64,000 bases of DNA. Source: Hydrolagus affinis. Its lineage: Eukaryota. The stretch is from the NCBI GenBank assembly GCA_012026655.1, contig JAAILG010001416.1, positions 1 through 64,000 of the forward strand, given 5' to 3'. A program made the position numbers and the translations under genes. The notes under the pieces are model-generated. The model saw only the letters and a list, made by a program, of their open reading frames with translations, did no database searches and was not told the DNA's origin. Below are positions 12,905 through 26,229 of this stretch, in pieces (the first letter of the stretch is position 1; each line of letters opens with the position of its first letter).

Positions 12905-13170
12905 GTCTTTTTTCTTTCTCTCCCTCCTTCCCTCTCTCTTTCACACACACATTCAAAGTCAGTCTGGCATCTCAATGGCTCCAAACCCAACCCCCCTCCA
13001 CTCCTCTAATTTTCCATCTAAATTAATCAACACCCCCTCTCTCTCCCCTCCTCTCCCCCACCTCTCTCTCCCCCTCCTACTCCTCTCTTTCTCCCCACCC
13101 CTCTTTCCCTCTCTTTACCCTCTCCCACCCTCTCTCTCCCTGCCTCTCTCTCCTTCTCCCACCCCGAACA
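12905..13170. repeat. Polypyrimidine (CT-rich) low-complexity tract
   Basis: Almost pure C/T from 13032 to 13165. Confidence 0.85.
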
Positions 13171-15542
13171 TAAACTGAAGCTGATCTTAGCTATTTGAAT
13201 GTAAATCTTTTGCAGTCTCTGCGATTTACTAAATTAGTTTTATACATCTATTATGGTCATTGAGTTTCTCTTTGCAGCTTTACATATTGACGGAAAAGAT
13301 GGATAGATAGGTTGGAAAAGAAAGATAGGTTGGGATGAAACCAGTTTCTTGGTCCTGATGAGGAGAGTGTCTTACAAGGCAATAGAACTATAAGAACTGC
13401 CATGTCTTAATAAATTGGTGAACCATCTCAATGGAGTGAATCGCCAATTCTTGATCTAAGTGGCCAAATCCGATTCCCGTCCTCTTTACATTGGTGTTGT
13501 TTCACTTTGATCTCTTGTCTCACAGCTTTACCAAACTATGAAAAAAAAATTGTCTAACTTAAGGATATGGGTTCCAACTTAAATATGTATTTAAGGAGGC
13601 CACGATCACCAGTAATAATTGTTTCATTAGATGTAGCGGCATTGGAGGATGTCTCCAAAGCGCTGCACAGGATTTATTGTAAAGTATAGTGCATGTGTTT
13701 TGTAAGCAAATCAAATTGAACAGGCAATTTGCACAAACAGCCATACAATATACTGTACCGTGAATTACTCTCCCCATATATGTTGTTTTAAATTGGCATA
13801 AATTCTATTGTTTTAGAAGCTTTAAGTTTGGCTTGTATTTAGTGGCTGAGGAATCCCCGTAATAGGTTACAGAACCTTTCTGGGGGTTGAATATTATAAT
13901 TCCCAATGTAATATTATTGTTTTAATCTTAATATATAAAAGGCAGCTGCTTGCCTATCAACGGTTATTTTCTGGTTAATGCCGAGACAGCGAATTAACCT
14001 TTAATTACGTCTGTTGAAATTGAAATGAGCTTTATACTGAGCAGATTCTTCCTCCTTTGGCTGCCCGATTGTAATGAAAATGCTGAGGCTGTTGAATACA
14101 CAGTCTCACGATCAATGAGATCTATCTATTTGAAAAAATACTAATTTGTCCTAAAAATCAATCAATCTGGGGTGGTTTTCCAGAAAAGAAGTTGTGACTG
14201 TTGCTATCAAATGCTTTAATTCTGAACCGATCTGCATAAATCCTACGTCATAGTACAAACAACAAAATCACATTTGTACAGTGGCTTTCACGTCGGGGAA
14301 ACATCTCAAACAAGCTTCTTACAAACTGGGAGATTTTTCTATGAATGAGATACATTTGTAAAATCATTGAGTGGAGTTGTTTTGAAGTGTAGATATTATG
14401 AGAACAACATAAAGGGAACAGTCTTTAACACTCAAGCTGCTGAAGGAAAAGCCATTCTTGCAATCTTATAATCCTTGCAGAACATTACAATACTCTCTTC
14501 GGCTTTTTGGGGATGATCCTGAATATTTTTTTCTTCTTCTGTTTTGGTTGTCAAATTATGCCATTTGCTGGTCATTCCAATGAAGCATTTCTGATTGTAA
14601 ATTTAAATTCTCATTCTAACTTTAAATAGAAAAGTTGGAAATGCTTAGGTCCGCATGTGAGCAAAGAGGGATACAGAGGTTGTAGATCTCTCAGATGGTT
14701 TTGTCACATGGTTCTGGATGATTGATTCAACTTAGTGTGTGATTTATTATAATGTGCTCTACCTTATGCAGAAAATAATTGAACTTGTTATTTGTTAAGC
14801 ACTAAAGTTAAATAATGAGTCCACACAAAATGGGCAGAGAGAGCAAGCAATGATCTGGTAAGCATTGCTTACAACAACTGGACAATGCAGTTAGATGGAT
14901 AATAGTTTATATTTGTGGGAATGTGCCCCTATCTGGTCAATTTTATTTTGGGATTCTTATGTCTCTTCCTGATAGCATCTGATGTTTGTTACAGCAAAGC
15001 TAGTACAGATCAACTTCCTTTAAATTATTTAGGTTAGTCCAGTGAGGATTTGATTGGGGGGGTGTGGGCGGAGGATGACACTGCACTTAGAACAGTGAGT
15101 TGTTGCAGAATGTATTAATTTTAAAAATGGAGGTTTAATCTCTCAATTCACTCCACTATAGAATCTGCTGCACAACTAAATGGTACAAACTGTTTTTCCT
15201 AAAAAGAGTAACTCACTTATATGAAAATGAGTACGTATATAGTTTTTCCAAATAAACATTTATTTTTGAGAATTAAAATGATTTGCTGGGATTTATGATG
15301 CTATTCTTTTAATGAAACATCTCAAATTCAAGAATACAGTTCACCATTTTCAGAAAATTATTACATGGTTATCACTAGTGTCTTATATTAACCCACTTAT
15401 TGTGTTTGAAAACCTACCGACCAACATGCAGTTTCTAATAACATTTTGACATTAGAAGCTCAAAGAAAATAGTATTTAAGCCCCTTTTTGGTGTGGGCAG
15501 TTGATAACTTTTCATTCATAATTAGGTCATAGTGAATCAAGA

Positions 15543-15682
15543 NNNNNNNNNNNNNNNNNNNNNNNNNNNNNNNNNNNNNNNNNNNNNNNNNNNNNNNNNN
15601 NNNNNNNNNNNNNNNNNNNNNNNNNNNNNNNNNNNNNNNNNNNNNNNNNNNNNNNNNNNNNNNNNNNNNNNNNNNNNNNNNN
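15543..15682. other. Assembly gap (140 N)
   Basis: Run of N. Confidence 1.
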
Positions 15683-16709
15683 CTCTCCAATTCCGCTTGG
15701 TTCAGCTTTAATTATGACTCAGCAGACCCGAAGAAATATTGCAGCCTGCTCTCGAAAACCCTGAACTGCCACTCACCAAAAGATTGGTTTTTAACAGGTA
15801 ATAAATGCCCTGAGGAAATGGTGCTGTGTATTCCACACATACACACGTATATACAGAGTGCATGTGTATGTTTCTCTCTCTCATGCACACTGTCTCACTA
15901 TAGACTTTTAAAATGTGTTTCAGTTAACTTTGACAAACATTTTATGTATATATTTGAACCAGTAAGGAAACTTTTATTCTAACATAAATGGTCAATTAAA
16001 ATCTCAGATCAAAGTAATCTTTTCATATCTATTTATCCCTCACTTGCTTTTAATTACGTCTAATCAACCCCTAACGAAAAGCTTCCCTCCCCAACCACTG
16101 TGTGAAATTTCCATTTTACACACCAGCTGTTTTATAGACTGAGCAAAACTGCATAATTACTAAGGTATTATCAAATTTGTACTCTGAACTTTTTGCCCAT
16201 GAGGAACTGAAATGGGCCAAACTTTATGGGTATGGTATTTAGTTAAAGTGACCTACCTAAGTTTGAAGTTCCTTCACCGAAAAACTTAGTGGTCCTTCTA
16301 TTGAAATAGATTGTTTAAATTTGCTTCTTTCTCCAAACAAAGTGCTCTATCTGAATGTTGTTGGTTAAATCGTCACTGTGAATTGAACCACTGAGATTTA
16401 GGGAATGACATCATCTACTGAGGATTAAGAAGCTAGATAATTACTGTGTGTATGTGTAATATGATAATAAGAATCTTTACATTTGATATAATGCATTATC
16501 ACATCTTTGAGGTGTCTCAAAGCGCATCACAGAATATATTGTAAAGTGAATTGACAGGCAAAATATATATAGATATTATCAACAATCAATATTGTTTATT
16601 CAAGCTCAAGTAATTTAATTCAATAAGTAATTGAAGTAACGGGATTCTGGTTGTAATGGCATTGGAGAGGCTAACATCTGACCAGGATCTGAGCTGGGCC
16701 TATAGGTGA

Positions 16710-17091
16710 AATAATAATCCTTGCTTTTGATGTTGTGTTTTATTACCTCCAAATGTCTCAAAGTGCTTCACTTTTTTTTTGCAAGTTGTAGTGACTGTTG
16801 TTGATCAATTGGCTGCTGGAGATTGTCTACAAATATACAAATATCTACGATTTGTTTGACTTTTTTTTCACCTAGGGAATTATTTCCCAAACACTGGAAC
16901 AAGTTTCCTACCCTTTACAAATATGCTATGAGAACTTTAATGTCCACCTCAACCTAGAGCTGTTTAACTTCACATCCGAAGCACAACACCACTGATGATA
17001 TAGCACTCCTCAGCACTACATTGAACTGTCACTTTAACTATGAATTTCTGACTTGTAGGCGAGAGGACTACCAACTGAGCTAGGCTGACAT
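16710..17091 (-). mobile_element. Old DeuSINE (SacSINE1/AmnSINE1-like) with tRNA head
   Basis: Reverse complement starts tgtcagcctagctcagttggtagtcctctcgcc and contains the Deu-domain motif ggacattaaagttctcatagc. Confidence 0.6.
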
Positions 17092-18867
17092 CTAAATGCA
17101 GTGATATGACCCCTAAGCTTGTTTATATTTTCCTAAATATTATACATTTCCATTCATTTCTCTTGTTTGGTTTGTGACTTGCATCTATGTCTAGTTCTGT
17201 CAGTGTTCCTCTTATATGCTTTGAGTAGCTGTCTGAATATGTGGCATGGATGCCCCTCCACTTTCTTTTTCCCTCTGTGGGAAACTATCTGGCCTCTACC
17301 TTTCATAACTGCATTGTTGAGATTGAGTCCTCGGCACATGGACAATCTTGGCCAGTGACCCATGCCCTGCTGTTCTGAAACAAACCATTGAGCACCACGT
17401 CATCCCTCTTGCCCATTGGGACTTTGAGTAAAATGGATTATTGCGCTAAGCAATGTGTACAACTTTTTCTAACATATCTTTAACTCTCTATTTAAAGAAC
17501 AGTACTGTAAATTTGTTGTATCAACTGAGTATATTATGAAAGCCTTATTTTGATTAGCCACTAGTTTAGTATCTCTTCAAAGTGACTGTATAAACACTAT
17601 ATACAATATGCCATGTTTGGTTGTTTGCAAAGTGTTTTATTCTCCTTGTTGGTGGGGTAAGATGGCTCTCTTTGGGGTTGAACTGGCTCCAAGGAGTCAT
17701 GTTTGGCGAGGGAATGTCGAGATCGAGCCTTCCCTCTGGTAGTTTCCGTAGTCCTGTTCCTCAGCCATGAGGGTCTGTAATACTCTGGGGCACTACTGTT
17801 GGCACCACAGGCAGCCTGGCTTATCGGCAGCACTTGGAAGTCACTGTGGTTAAGCAATCTTCCCGTTCAGCCCCTGTTAAGCTGCTCATGTGACAGTTTA
17901 ATTGCTCCATAAAAGAATATTAGCACTGTAGCCAAATTATATTTTGTTTTCTGACAAAATTAGTATTTTAGTACAACAACATCTTGCATTTATGTAGCAC
18001 CCTTCATGTAGACACTATCTTGAAGCGCTTATACTATGTTAATTTATTCACAGTGGACTGGTTTCACTACTTCAGATGACTGGCTCTACTGTGTCTAGTT
18101 TTACTTTGCTTATTAATTGACCTTAAACTAACAATGGGTATTTATGTGTAGGTTTCCTTTGTTGACATTACTCAGGATCTTGAATTTCAGTACTATGGGG
18201 TATGATGAAGGATTATTGGAGCAGGCTCCAGTCGTTGTCATAGTGACGCTTGAGAAGATGCATAAAGGGTTGCCTATATTGTGTAAGATAAGTTTAGAGC
18301 TGAGCAATAGTTATTGGGTGTCAGTTGCTACACTCACAGCTGCATTCAGAGTTGGTTTTTTTTCACTACCACTTTGCTGGTGACTGATGAGATGCTAATT
18401 CCATTTTTTTTAGTGTCAATGGAATATATTCCATATTGCTCATATATGACAAATATCTTGGTGATTTCACATGTGTTGTGTAATGTGTATTATAGTACAT
18501 AAAGTATTGAGCATCTGTACCCAAGCTGTCTGCTTGATACAGATGCCATCCAACTTCAGCGCTATATCATTGGCTGATTGTGTTCCCAGCTGTGATCTAT
18601 TGCCTAAGCCAACATGCCTGTTTTTCAACAGAATTTGGCTGGAACAACAACAACAACAAAAAAATGACATTTAAATAGAGCGCCTTTCATGTCGGGATGA
18701 TGTTTCAAGGTGCTGGAATCGCATTTACTGGGAACTCCAATGGTATTTGTGGCCCAAACTATAATCAGTCATCTCAGCTAACAATTTTTGATGAATAGGG
18801 AAAATTGGCATTTTTTTATATACATAGGCTAAGCTTACACCCCAGTATAGAGTTGGTGGGGTGTTGG

Positions 18868-19135
18868 ATTGTCAGAGATGCCATCCTTTGGATAGGACAT
18901 TAAACCAAGGTCCCTTCTGCCTGTTCAGGGGGACGTTAAAGATCCTGCACTATTCAAAAAGAGAAGGGAGTTTCTCCTGGTGCCTTGGCCAACAATCCGC
19001 CAAATAAAATTGGTCACTCATTCCATGGCTGCTTACGGGACTTCACTATGTGCAAACCGCCTGCTGCAATCGCCCACAAAATACACTTTACAATATATCC
19101 TGTGTAGTGTTTTGAGACATAATAAGGCGCTATAA
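18868..19135 (+). mobile_element. DeuSINE with recognisable Deu domain
   Basis: gacgttaaagatcctgcactattcaaaaagagaagggagtttctcctggtgccttggccaaca matches the recalled Deu-domain consensus. Confidence 0.7.
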
Positions 19136-19451
19136 TAATAATAATCCTTGCATTTGATATAGCGTTTTTCACATCTTATCGATGTCTCAAAGCGCGTCAT
19201 ATAATATATTGTAAAGTGAATTGACTGTATATTTTTGGGTGAAACGCAGCAGCCAATAGCGCACAGCTGCGTACCACAAACAGTTGTGGATTGAAAATGA
19301 CCAGTTTTTGTTATCGTGGTTTTTTTGGATGGATTATTATTTGGTAGTGTGGAGGAAGGAAACTTGCCCTAGGTTTCGCCCTGATCTGCCTGGATTTGAA
19401 CACAGGTCTCACGCTTGTAAGGCAAGTGCTCTAACTATTGAGCTACAGGAG
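19133..19451 (-). mobile_element. Full-length tRNA-headed SINE, tail-to-tail with the previous element
   Basis: Reverse complement of the same head, core and tail as 6224-6549. Confidence 0.85.
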
Positions 19452-20977
19452 TATATCAAATATAACGATTATTAGTGCCTTGGGACATCCTCCCAATGTG
19501 AAAGGCGCTCTATAAATGCAATTTTGTTATTATTATTGAAAGTAAGAAACAAAATTATTAGCTAATACATTCATTGTCCTTTCTATAACTAAAATATACA
19601 GAGCTGGCAGGTTGTAGATTGGATATGAACTGAATTAGCTGTGTCCACTTGGATTTAGTCTGAGCGTCCTGAGCTACCGAGAATGGGTGGGGTGGGGTGG
19701 GCTGGTGGAGGGGAGAGAGAGAACTGCCTAGGTTTACATTCCTGATCAGCAATGGGTGACTCATTGCTAGAAAAGAGCATGTGTGTTAGGCAATGATTTG
19801 ATTGGGTTATTTACCATAAGTAGAACCAAATTCACCTAAACAACGGTCAGTTGGTTGAGGTACCGGAGGCAGCACCTTCATGAGTCGGTGCCTTTATATA
19901 AAAAAAGGTGAAATAATTAAAGTGCCAATTAAAAAATGTTGGTGTAAGTATTTCATTAGCTTTTCTTTCTCCCTTTGGAAAGGAAACGCATTTTAGACGA
20001 TTAATCTTAATCAATATTGTGGGAGGGAAAAAGCCATGTGGAAGGATTCCTTTCCCTCTTTTTCTCAAAATCAGCCCACCTGCAGTAGATGAAGGTTCTG
20101 ATTAAAAAGGACATTTCAATGGATTAATGCTGCTCATTTTGTCTTTGCATAGCTCAAAGTGAATGCTGTTTAAAGGTTATGCATTACAGACCAAAATCTG
20201 TCCCTTTTGTAGTTGCAAACTTTACATACCAAACACTTCTTTCTTGTTCTCTTTTTTTGTACTTTTTGTAGCATACTTAGTCTCCTTGAGGGTTCTTTCA
20301 GAATGTCAGCAGGATTTTCAGGTCATTTGACAAAAAGGGTATGGGATTTGTATTGTGTTCAGAAGGTGACTATTTCTTGCATCAATCACCTCAGCTTTAA
20401 GTCGAAGCATAATAGACCCCCTCAATCAACATCTCCAAATGCTTTATCACTTGTTCATAAAAAGGGGTGAAAAATCTAGGATCGCCTAAGTCAAGGTTAG
20501 GTAATTTGTTCTGAATTATAGTTACATGTATAGCAGAGAAGAGTTTGCGAAAGTAGGTCTCACCATATGTCTGTTTTTGTCAACCTGTGATATGTAGTTG
20601 GAGCATATTCAGACCTTGAAAAATGACAGCATTGTTGAGATGTGATTCTGGACAAGATAAAGCAAAGATTAAGGCATCACTTATTGACAGACAAAACGAG
20701 TTAGTCAAACTGCAATGATGAACATCCCACCTTATACCTGCGAGGTCAAAATAAATAGCAGTACCTTAAGAAAATATAAGTTGACCACTGGTAAACATAG
20801 CTTTAAATTACAGCAACTTTTTTATTCTTCCAGTATTTCATTTTTATTGTCTGATATTTTCAAATTGTTCTTGTGTATGAAAGAGTTAGTAAATAATCTC
20901 AAATATATACTGTATAACACTTTATAGTTTGAAGGTTTAAAATTTATTTGGTGAAATATGAATGAAAGCCTTAGTGA

Positions 20978-21180
20978 AGTCATAGGAGTATAGGAACAGG
21001 TGTAGACTATTCAGTCCTTCAAGCCTGTTCCACCATTTAATTAGATCATGGCTGATCTGTACCCCCAACTAATCCTTTCAATTCCAATTTCCTGCTTTCT
21101 CCCCATTTCCCTTAATATCCTGACCTACCAAAAATCTATCAATCTCATCCTTGAAGGTGTGGATGGATCCAGTACATATA
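20978..21180 (-). mobile_element. CR1 3' end
   Basis: cataggagtataggaacaggtgtagactattcagtcc...agatcatggctgatct, related to 475-635. Confidence 0.7.
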
Positions 21181-21869
21181 TCCCTCGTATGCGCATCCTA
21201 TTTTACGGTTCCTGTCCTCTTGTGACCTTGTGTTTTCATAATTCTCTAGGAGAAAATGTAGGAGCAGCCGAGCTACACTTCTAAAGGCAATTAGCCACCG
21301 GTGGGGGAGTTGTTCAGTTACATTGCTCACTGCAGTCATTTCATGATTTTGTTTATCTATTGCTTAATCTTTTAATTGGGACACCTAGGTTACCATGGTT
21401 ACTCCTTACACTAAACACCGAGAGTAAATTTAGTGCCTGTGTTTTCCTCCTCTTTCAATTGGTGTGATAAGAGCAGGCTCACTATCTGCCAGACCATTAG
21501 TACAGTAATGTTGTTTTGAATTTGGCCAAATTCTGAAGTGATGGTCAGTTGCACTGTTTATCCTCAAACTATACATATTCACACATTGATAAATTATCCC
21601 TACAAAAGTGAACTGTCTTCTTTAACAGTAGTGAAACTGATTCCATTGTCTGGCCAACTTCATTGACTTTGTTTTTAAAGAGTTGCCATCCAAAATTGAC
21701 CATGGGGAGACTTGTGGCATAGTGAGGAAGCAGTTTTAGAAGGCTTAGACTCACAGCATCACTATCCAAGATGGTACACACCTTACTACAACAACAACAA
21801 CAACTTTGATTTATATAGCGCCCTCCACACCGGACGGCATCTCAGAGTGCTTAAAGCCAGCTAAGCTTA

Positions 21870-22595
21870 CTAAGCCAGCCCGGAACCGTGGCATCTTGTT
21901 TGAACCTCAACTATCCCTTTCACCTCACATCCGTGTCATGACCTGCTCTGCCTTCCCCCACCTTCGTGATATTGCCCAGCTCCACCACTGTCTTGCACCG
22001 CAGGCCGCCGAGACCCTCATACATACATTCATAACATCCAGGCTGAACTATGCAAACTCATTGCTTATTAGCCTCCCCTAACTCCTCCCTCTGTACAGGC
22101 TGTAGATCATCCAGAACTCTGCAGCCCATATCCTCTCTCGCTCTGTGACTCTATCACCCCCATCCTTCCCATCGCACAGAGGATACAGTTTAAGATCTTG
22201 GTCCCCACCTTCAAAGTCTTCCATGGCCTTGCTCCCCCTACCTCTTCAACCACCTAACCTCCTATCAACCTTCCCGCTTCCTCCGCTAGCGGGCTCCGGC
22301 TTGCTTCACGTCTCCCGCCTCACCCGCCCCACCATTGGCGTGCAAGTCTTCTGTCACTTTGCTCCCATCCTCTGGAACTCCATCCCACAGACGCTCCACC
22401 TCATTCCATCCCTACCTTCTTCAAGACCCCTCTCAAGAACCTCCTCTTCAACCATGCCTTCAACACCATCCTTTACCTCCCTCTGCCCTCCACCTTCCCC
22501 GATCCAGACCCCCATCTTGGGTCCAGAACATTGATATCCAACGCCTTGGAACATCCTCCCGGTGTGCGTTATAGAAATGTAATTTTTTTTTGTTG
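21870..22595 (+). mobile_element. L2 LINE ORF2 C-terminal fragment plus tail
   Basis: ARNRGILFEPQLSLSPHI...AAETLIHTFITSRLNYANSLL is the L2 RT C-terminal signature. Stops and frameshifts present; tail gccttggaacatctcc. Confidence 0.85.
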
Positions 22596-23077
22596 TGTAT
22601 CTAGGCTTCCAAAAGATTGTTTCAAAATTGTTGTCACTGCTACTGATGGCAAAAACTGAATTGTAAATTGGATGAAGAAAGGGAAGCAGAGGGTACTTGC
22701 TAGGAGAACCAAAGTCAAATGTAGGGATGTATTAAGCTGGTACCTCAGAGAACTGAACTGGAACCTCACCAGTTTCTTGTATACATCAATAACTTTGATT
22801 CGCAAACATAGTGCATGATAGTTAAATTTACACATGCCACCGAAATGGCTGCGGGGAGGAGTAAGGAGGCAGCAACGGGCTTCAAAAGGAGAGTTGATGA
22901 TTGGCAAATTATGGGTAATGCAGCTAAATAAAAGGAACTGCATAGAGGAAGTAAAGAATTAAATGAAGAGGATGGAACTTCCAAATGGGAAGTTGAAAGA
23001 GGTCTTGGGGTGTTAGCTGACACATGGTTTATCCGTCCAAACGGTTCGTGGCAGCAATAAACAGATCCCCAGAAGTC

Positions 23078-23214
23078 AATTCTGACGAAGGGTCGTGGAC
23101 TCGAAACGTCAACTCACTTTTCCTTTCTCCATAGTTGCCGCCTGACAAAGTTCACAGCGATTTCTGTTTTTGTTTCAGATTTCCAGCATCTGCAGTATTT
23201 TGCATTTCTTTTTC
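23078..23214 (+). mobile_element. Short Penelope-like-element-derived insert with a hammerhead motif and 11-bp TSD
   Basis: Flanked by ccccagaagtc at 23067-23077 and 23215-23225. Homologous to 57009-57143 and to the reverse complement of 53712-53840. Confidence 0.75.
23079..23115 (+). ncRNA. Minimal type-I hammerhead ribozyme motif, catalytic core intact
   Basis: CUGACGA-A-GGGUC-gug-GACUC-GAAA-CGUC: core, 5-bp stem II, loop-less palindromic stem III and a GUC cleavage triplet at 23108-23110. Stem I is weak. Confidence 0.6.
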
Positions 23215-23429
23215 CCCCAGAAGTCGTGTTTTAAGATGTACAGTGCTTTGATTAAACTGTACCTGGAGTCCTGCATACAGTTCTGGTCACTGCAACACAA
23301 AGTGGTTAGCCAGTCTCTAGAGGCAGTGAAGATGAGAGCCACAAGGATGATCACTCAGGGTTCCAGATATGACCTATGAACAATGATTAGACAGACTAGG
23401 GCTATTCAGTCTTCAAAAGAGATGCCTGG

Positions 23430-23845
23430 GAGTAGCCTGATGGTATAGTGGATAGAGCTGTAGTTAATGGAATGCGAGCTAGTTGGGTTTGAATCCTGGT
23501 CTATCCACAGATTGCTGATATTAGCTGCGATTGGAAGGGAGACTAAATTGGCTCCCCAAGGTTAGGGTAAGAGATGACCTGTCAGGATTCCTGCTCCGGG
23601 TTCCTCTTCAACATCTCCTGGTTTAGTGTAACTAGTGTAGCTGATTAGGGAGAGGACAGACTTAGCTGTATTACTTCTGTGGTTCCGGTGGCTGCCAATA
23701 GTCTCAACCAAGGTTCACACGTGGACAGCAGCTATTTGGGCGTCATATCAGAGCACAATCGCTGCCTGTAAAATAGTTCCCACCCTGGGAAGCCAGATCA
23801 GAAGCGAAGAGATTTATGATGATGGAGAGAAAAATAATTGGAAAC
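23430..23845 (+). mobile_element. Ancient unclassified tRNA-headed SINE-like element
   Basis: A/B-box-like head (tggtatagtgg...gggtttgaatcc). Motifs shared with 19620-19890 and 60050-60350 (gaggacaga, ttggg...ca, ggagagaaaaat). Confidence 0.45.
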
Positions 23846-25649
23846 AGTAAAAAGAAAATTTTGAAGTTTGAGAGAAGGGTGTATAGAATTAAAAGATTTT
23901 AAATGGATTTAAGAAAGTAAATCTAGAAAAATACTTTCAGATATGCCAAGGCAGCAACAGTAACATCCACAACAATTTGGATTTATATAGCGCTCTCCAC
24001 ACCAGGCAGCGTCTCAGAGCACAACAAGGAAAGCGCAGGTTCAGAGTTGCAACGGGTAATTTCAGGACAGACATTGGGAGTTATTGCTTTACCCAGAGGA
24101 TAATTAACAACTAGAAATGGTTACCAGAAAGGCTGAGTGCTGGACTCATTTGTTAAAGATCATTTAAGAAACAGCTCGTGCTGTAATGAGAGAAAGGTTG
24201 GTTGGTTATTGTGTAATTACGAGATCCAAAGCACCTTGATCAGATCCTCTCTTACGATGAGGTGTGGATCCAGTTGCCAGGGAGATAAAGGTGGGCTTTG
24301 GGTTGGGGTGTTGCCTTGTGTACAGGAGGAACAGGTGCATGCACACTCTGCCATGTTTGAAGAATGTTTATTACATTTCAGCAGAACAACTATTTTGATC
24401 TCAGAATCTGAGCTCTGACCTCGGATAGGTGAAACAAACTGGTTACACAGTGCAGTGTTGTTTGACACTCGAGCTAGTTTCCTGCTTGCTCTGTTGCAGG
24501 CTAATAGCTAGAGGGGCACTTTGTGGAGAGATAGTCATTTTGGGGGGGAGAAAGCTGAGGTGAAAAAACTGTGAGAATTAAAGGTGTAACATGACATTTT
24601 CAATTCTTGAAACTGTAGCACACATCTTTTGGAAAAATGCTATTTGCTATTCATGAGTTTTATATTGCAATTTTTAGTTCAATGTGTTTACCGGGCTGGA
24701 GGTGGCATAGAAATATATACAGTACTTCAAGGTTGAGATAGAACATTTAGTTGAAAATTATTGTACTAATGTATAATTGTACTCATACAGTATATGAGCA
24801 TTAATTGGTTTATTTCCATCTCTTGTGAACTCTACAGTCTAACACATATTTATCCTGGTTTGCATCAGTCAGCTGTGCTTCACTGATGGTTATTCGGATG
24901 GCTTTACGATTTATTGAATTTCATTGTGTGTTGATTCAACTCGTGTATTTGCATGAGGTTGCAATAAATGTTCTACCAAAAAAATTATATCCACTCACTA
25001 TGTTAGTACAATGCAAACAGGTCAATGTCCATTAATTTTTCCAGATATGTTAATATGCAAAAGCCTTTTTGAAAAAAATTAAGAGTATTTCCTCATCAAA
25101 ACACTTACATAGTGAGTAGATATAACTGAGGTTTCAATAAATGTGTTGCTCAGTGATATATGTTCATTACTTTTAAATGCTTCAATGGAGTAGATGGAAA
25201 TTAATGTGCACAGAGGGAGATCTGCCTTGTATCTAAGTCTCTGATTGTTTAACTAAAATACTCAGAAGTTTATGCTACAATTTTTTTCAAAAAAATTGCT
25301 GAGTAAAGTTTTATTTGACTGGTACATTGGGCATTTTTTAGTCCTTGATGCAGATGAGAGCAGTAAAACTGGGCTGTAGGCCAGCAAGGTTGATTCTGAC
25401 TAACTCAATTGTGATAAAACTTGATGTTTGCTTTTTTATGTTTACGTACCGGAGATTTGTAGTATAAGTAAAAAAAACTGAAGCCATTAGGATTCAGGAA
25501 ATTGCATTATTCAAAAATACTGTGTATTGTATAATTTACAGGTTGGCTTTTTTTGTGTTCATGAATTTTTTTGAACTCGTTCTTGAAACGTTTGTAATGT
25601 TGGTAAGGCAGTAATTTATTGCCTATCCCTGATACCTCTGCAAAGAGAG

Positions 25650-26125
25650 CTTTCTGCACCAAGCTCTGTGACCACATCATTCCCACCCTCGCCTGGCTCC
25701 ATTGACTCCCCATCCCCCAGAGGATCGAATTCAAGCTCCTCTTCCTCACTTTCAAGGCCATTCACAGCCTTGCCCCCTCCTTTCTCTCCGACCTGCTGAC
25801 TCCCTATGAACCTGCCTGCCCTCTTCGTTCAGTGGGCTCCGGTCTACTTCATGTCCCCCATCTGACCCGCCCTACCATCGGTGGACAGGCTTTCACCCTC
25901 TCTTCCCCCACACTCCATCCCACAGTCCCTTTGCCTCGCTTCCTCCCTTGCCTCCTTCAAGGCCGATCTCAAGAGCCTTCAATCATGCCTTCTGCTACCC
26001 TCCTAAACTCTCTCAATCCCCTCCCAACGCTCTTCCTCCACCCTACCCTGCCCCTACGCCTTTGTGCGGGTCCCAACCTAACTGTTCAGTGTCTTGGGAC
26101 GTCCTCCCAACGTGAAAGGAGTTCG
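25650..26125 (+). mobile_element. L2 LINE 3' fragment
   Basis: DHIIPTLAWLH*LPIPQRIEFKLLFLTFKAIHSLAP...GSGLLHVPHLTRPTIGGQAF, plus tail ttgggacgtcctcccaacgtgaaagg. Confidence 0.85.
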
Positions 26126-26229
26126 ATAATATTGACCCAATATATGATCTTCAAAAACCAAAATAGTTTTTTTTAAAGTCTTCAGACTTGATAATTTTTT
26201 TAACTAAAGTAACGAAAGGAACTGACAAG

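Larger units (their letters stand above)
12060..13560 (-). mobile_element. Degenerate CR1 fragments, interrupted by the MITE and a CT-rich tract
   Basis: Reverse-strand QFTDDTKL (FADDTKL-like) RT motif near 12600-12625. Confidence 0.55.
22900..24190 (+). mobile_element. CR1 ORF2 fragment hosting three nested insertions
   Basis: ERGLGVL and MYSALIKLYLESCIQFWS (RPHLEYCVQFWS-like) motifs. Interrupted at 23078-23214, ~23430-23845 and ~23965-24025. Confidence 0.7.

Noticed and set aside
13337-13361. GAAA...GTC immediately followed by CTGATGA, resembling a permuted hammerhead
   Set aside because: There is no room for stem I between the cleavage triplet and CUGAUGA, no stem II closure, and it lies in decayed CR1 sequence.
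24505-24520. CTCF-like GCTAGAGGGGCAC (also reverse GCCAGATGGCAG at ~56663)
   Set aside because: The 5' CCAC half of the core is mismatched, so it is too weak to call.
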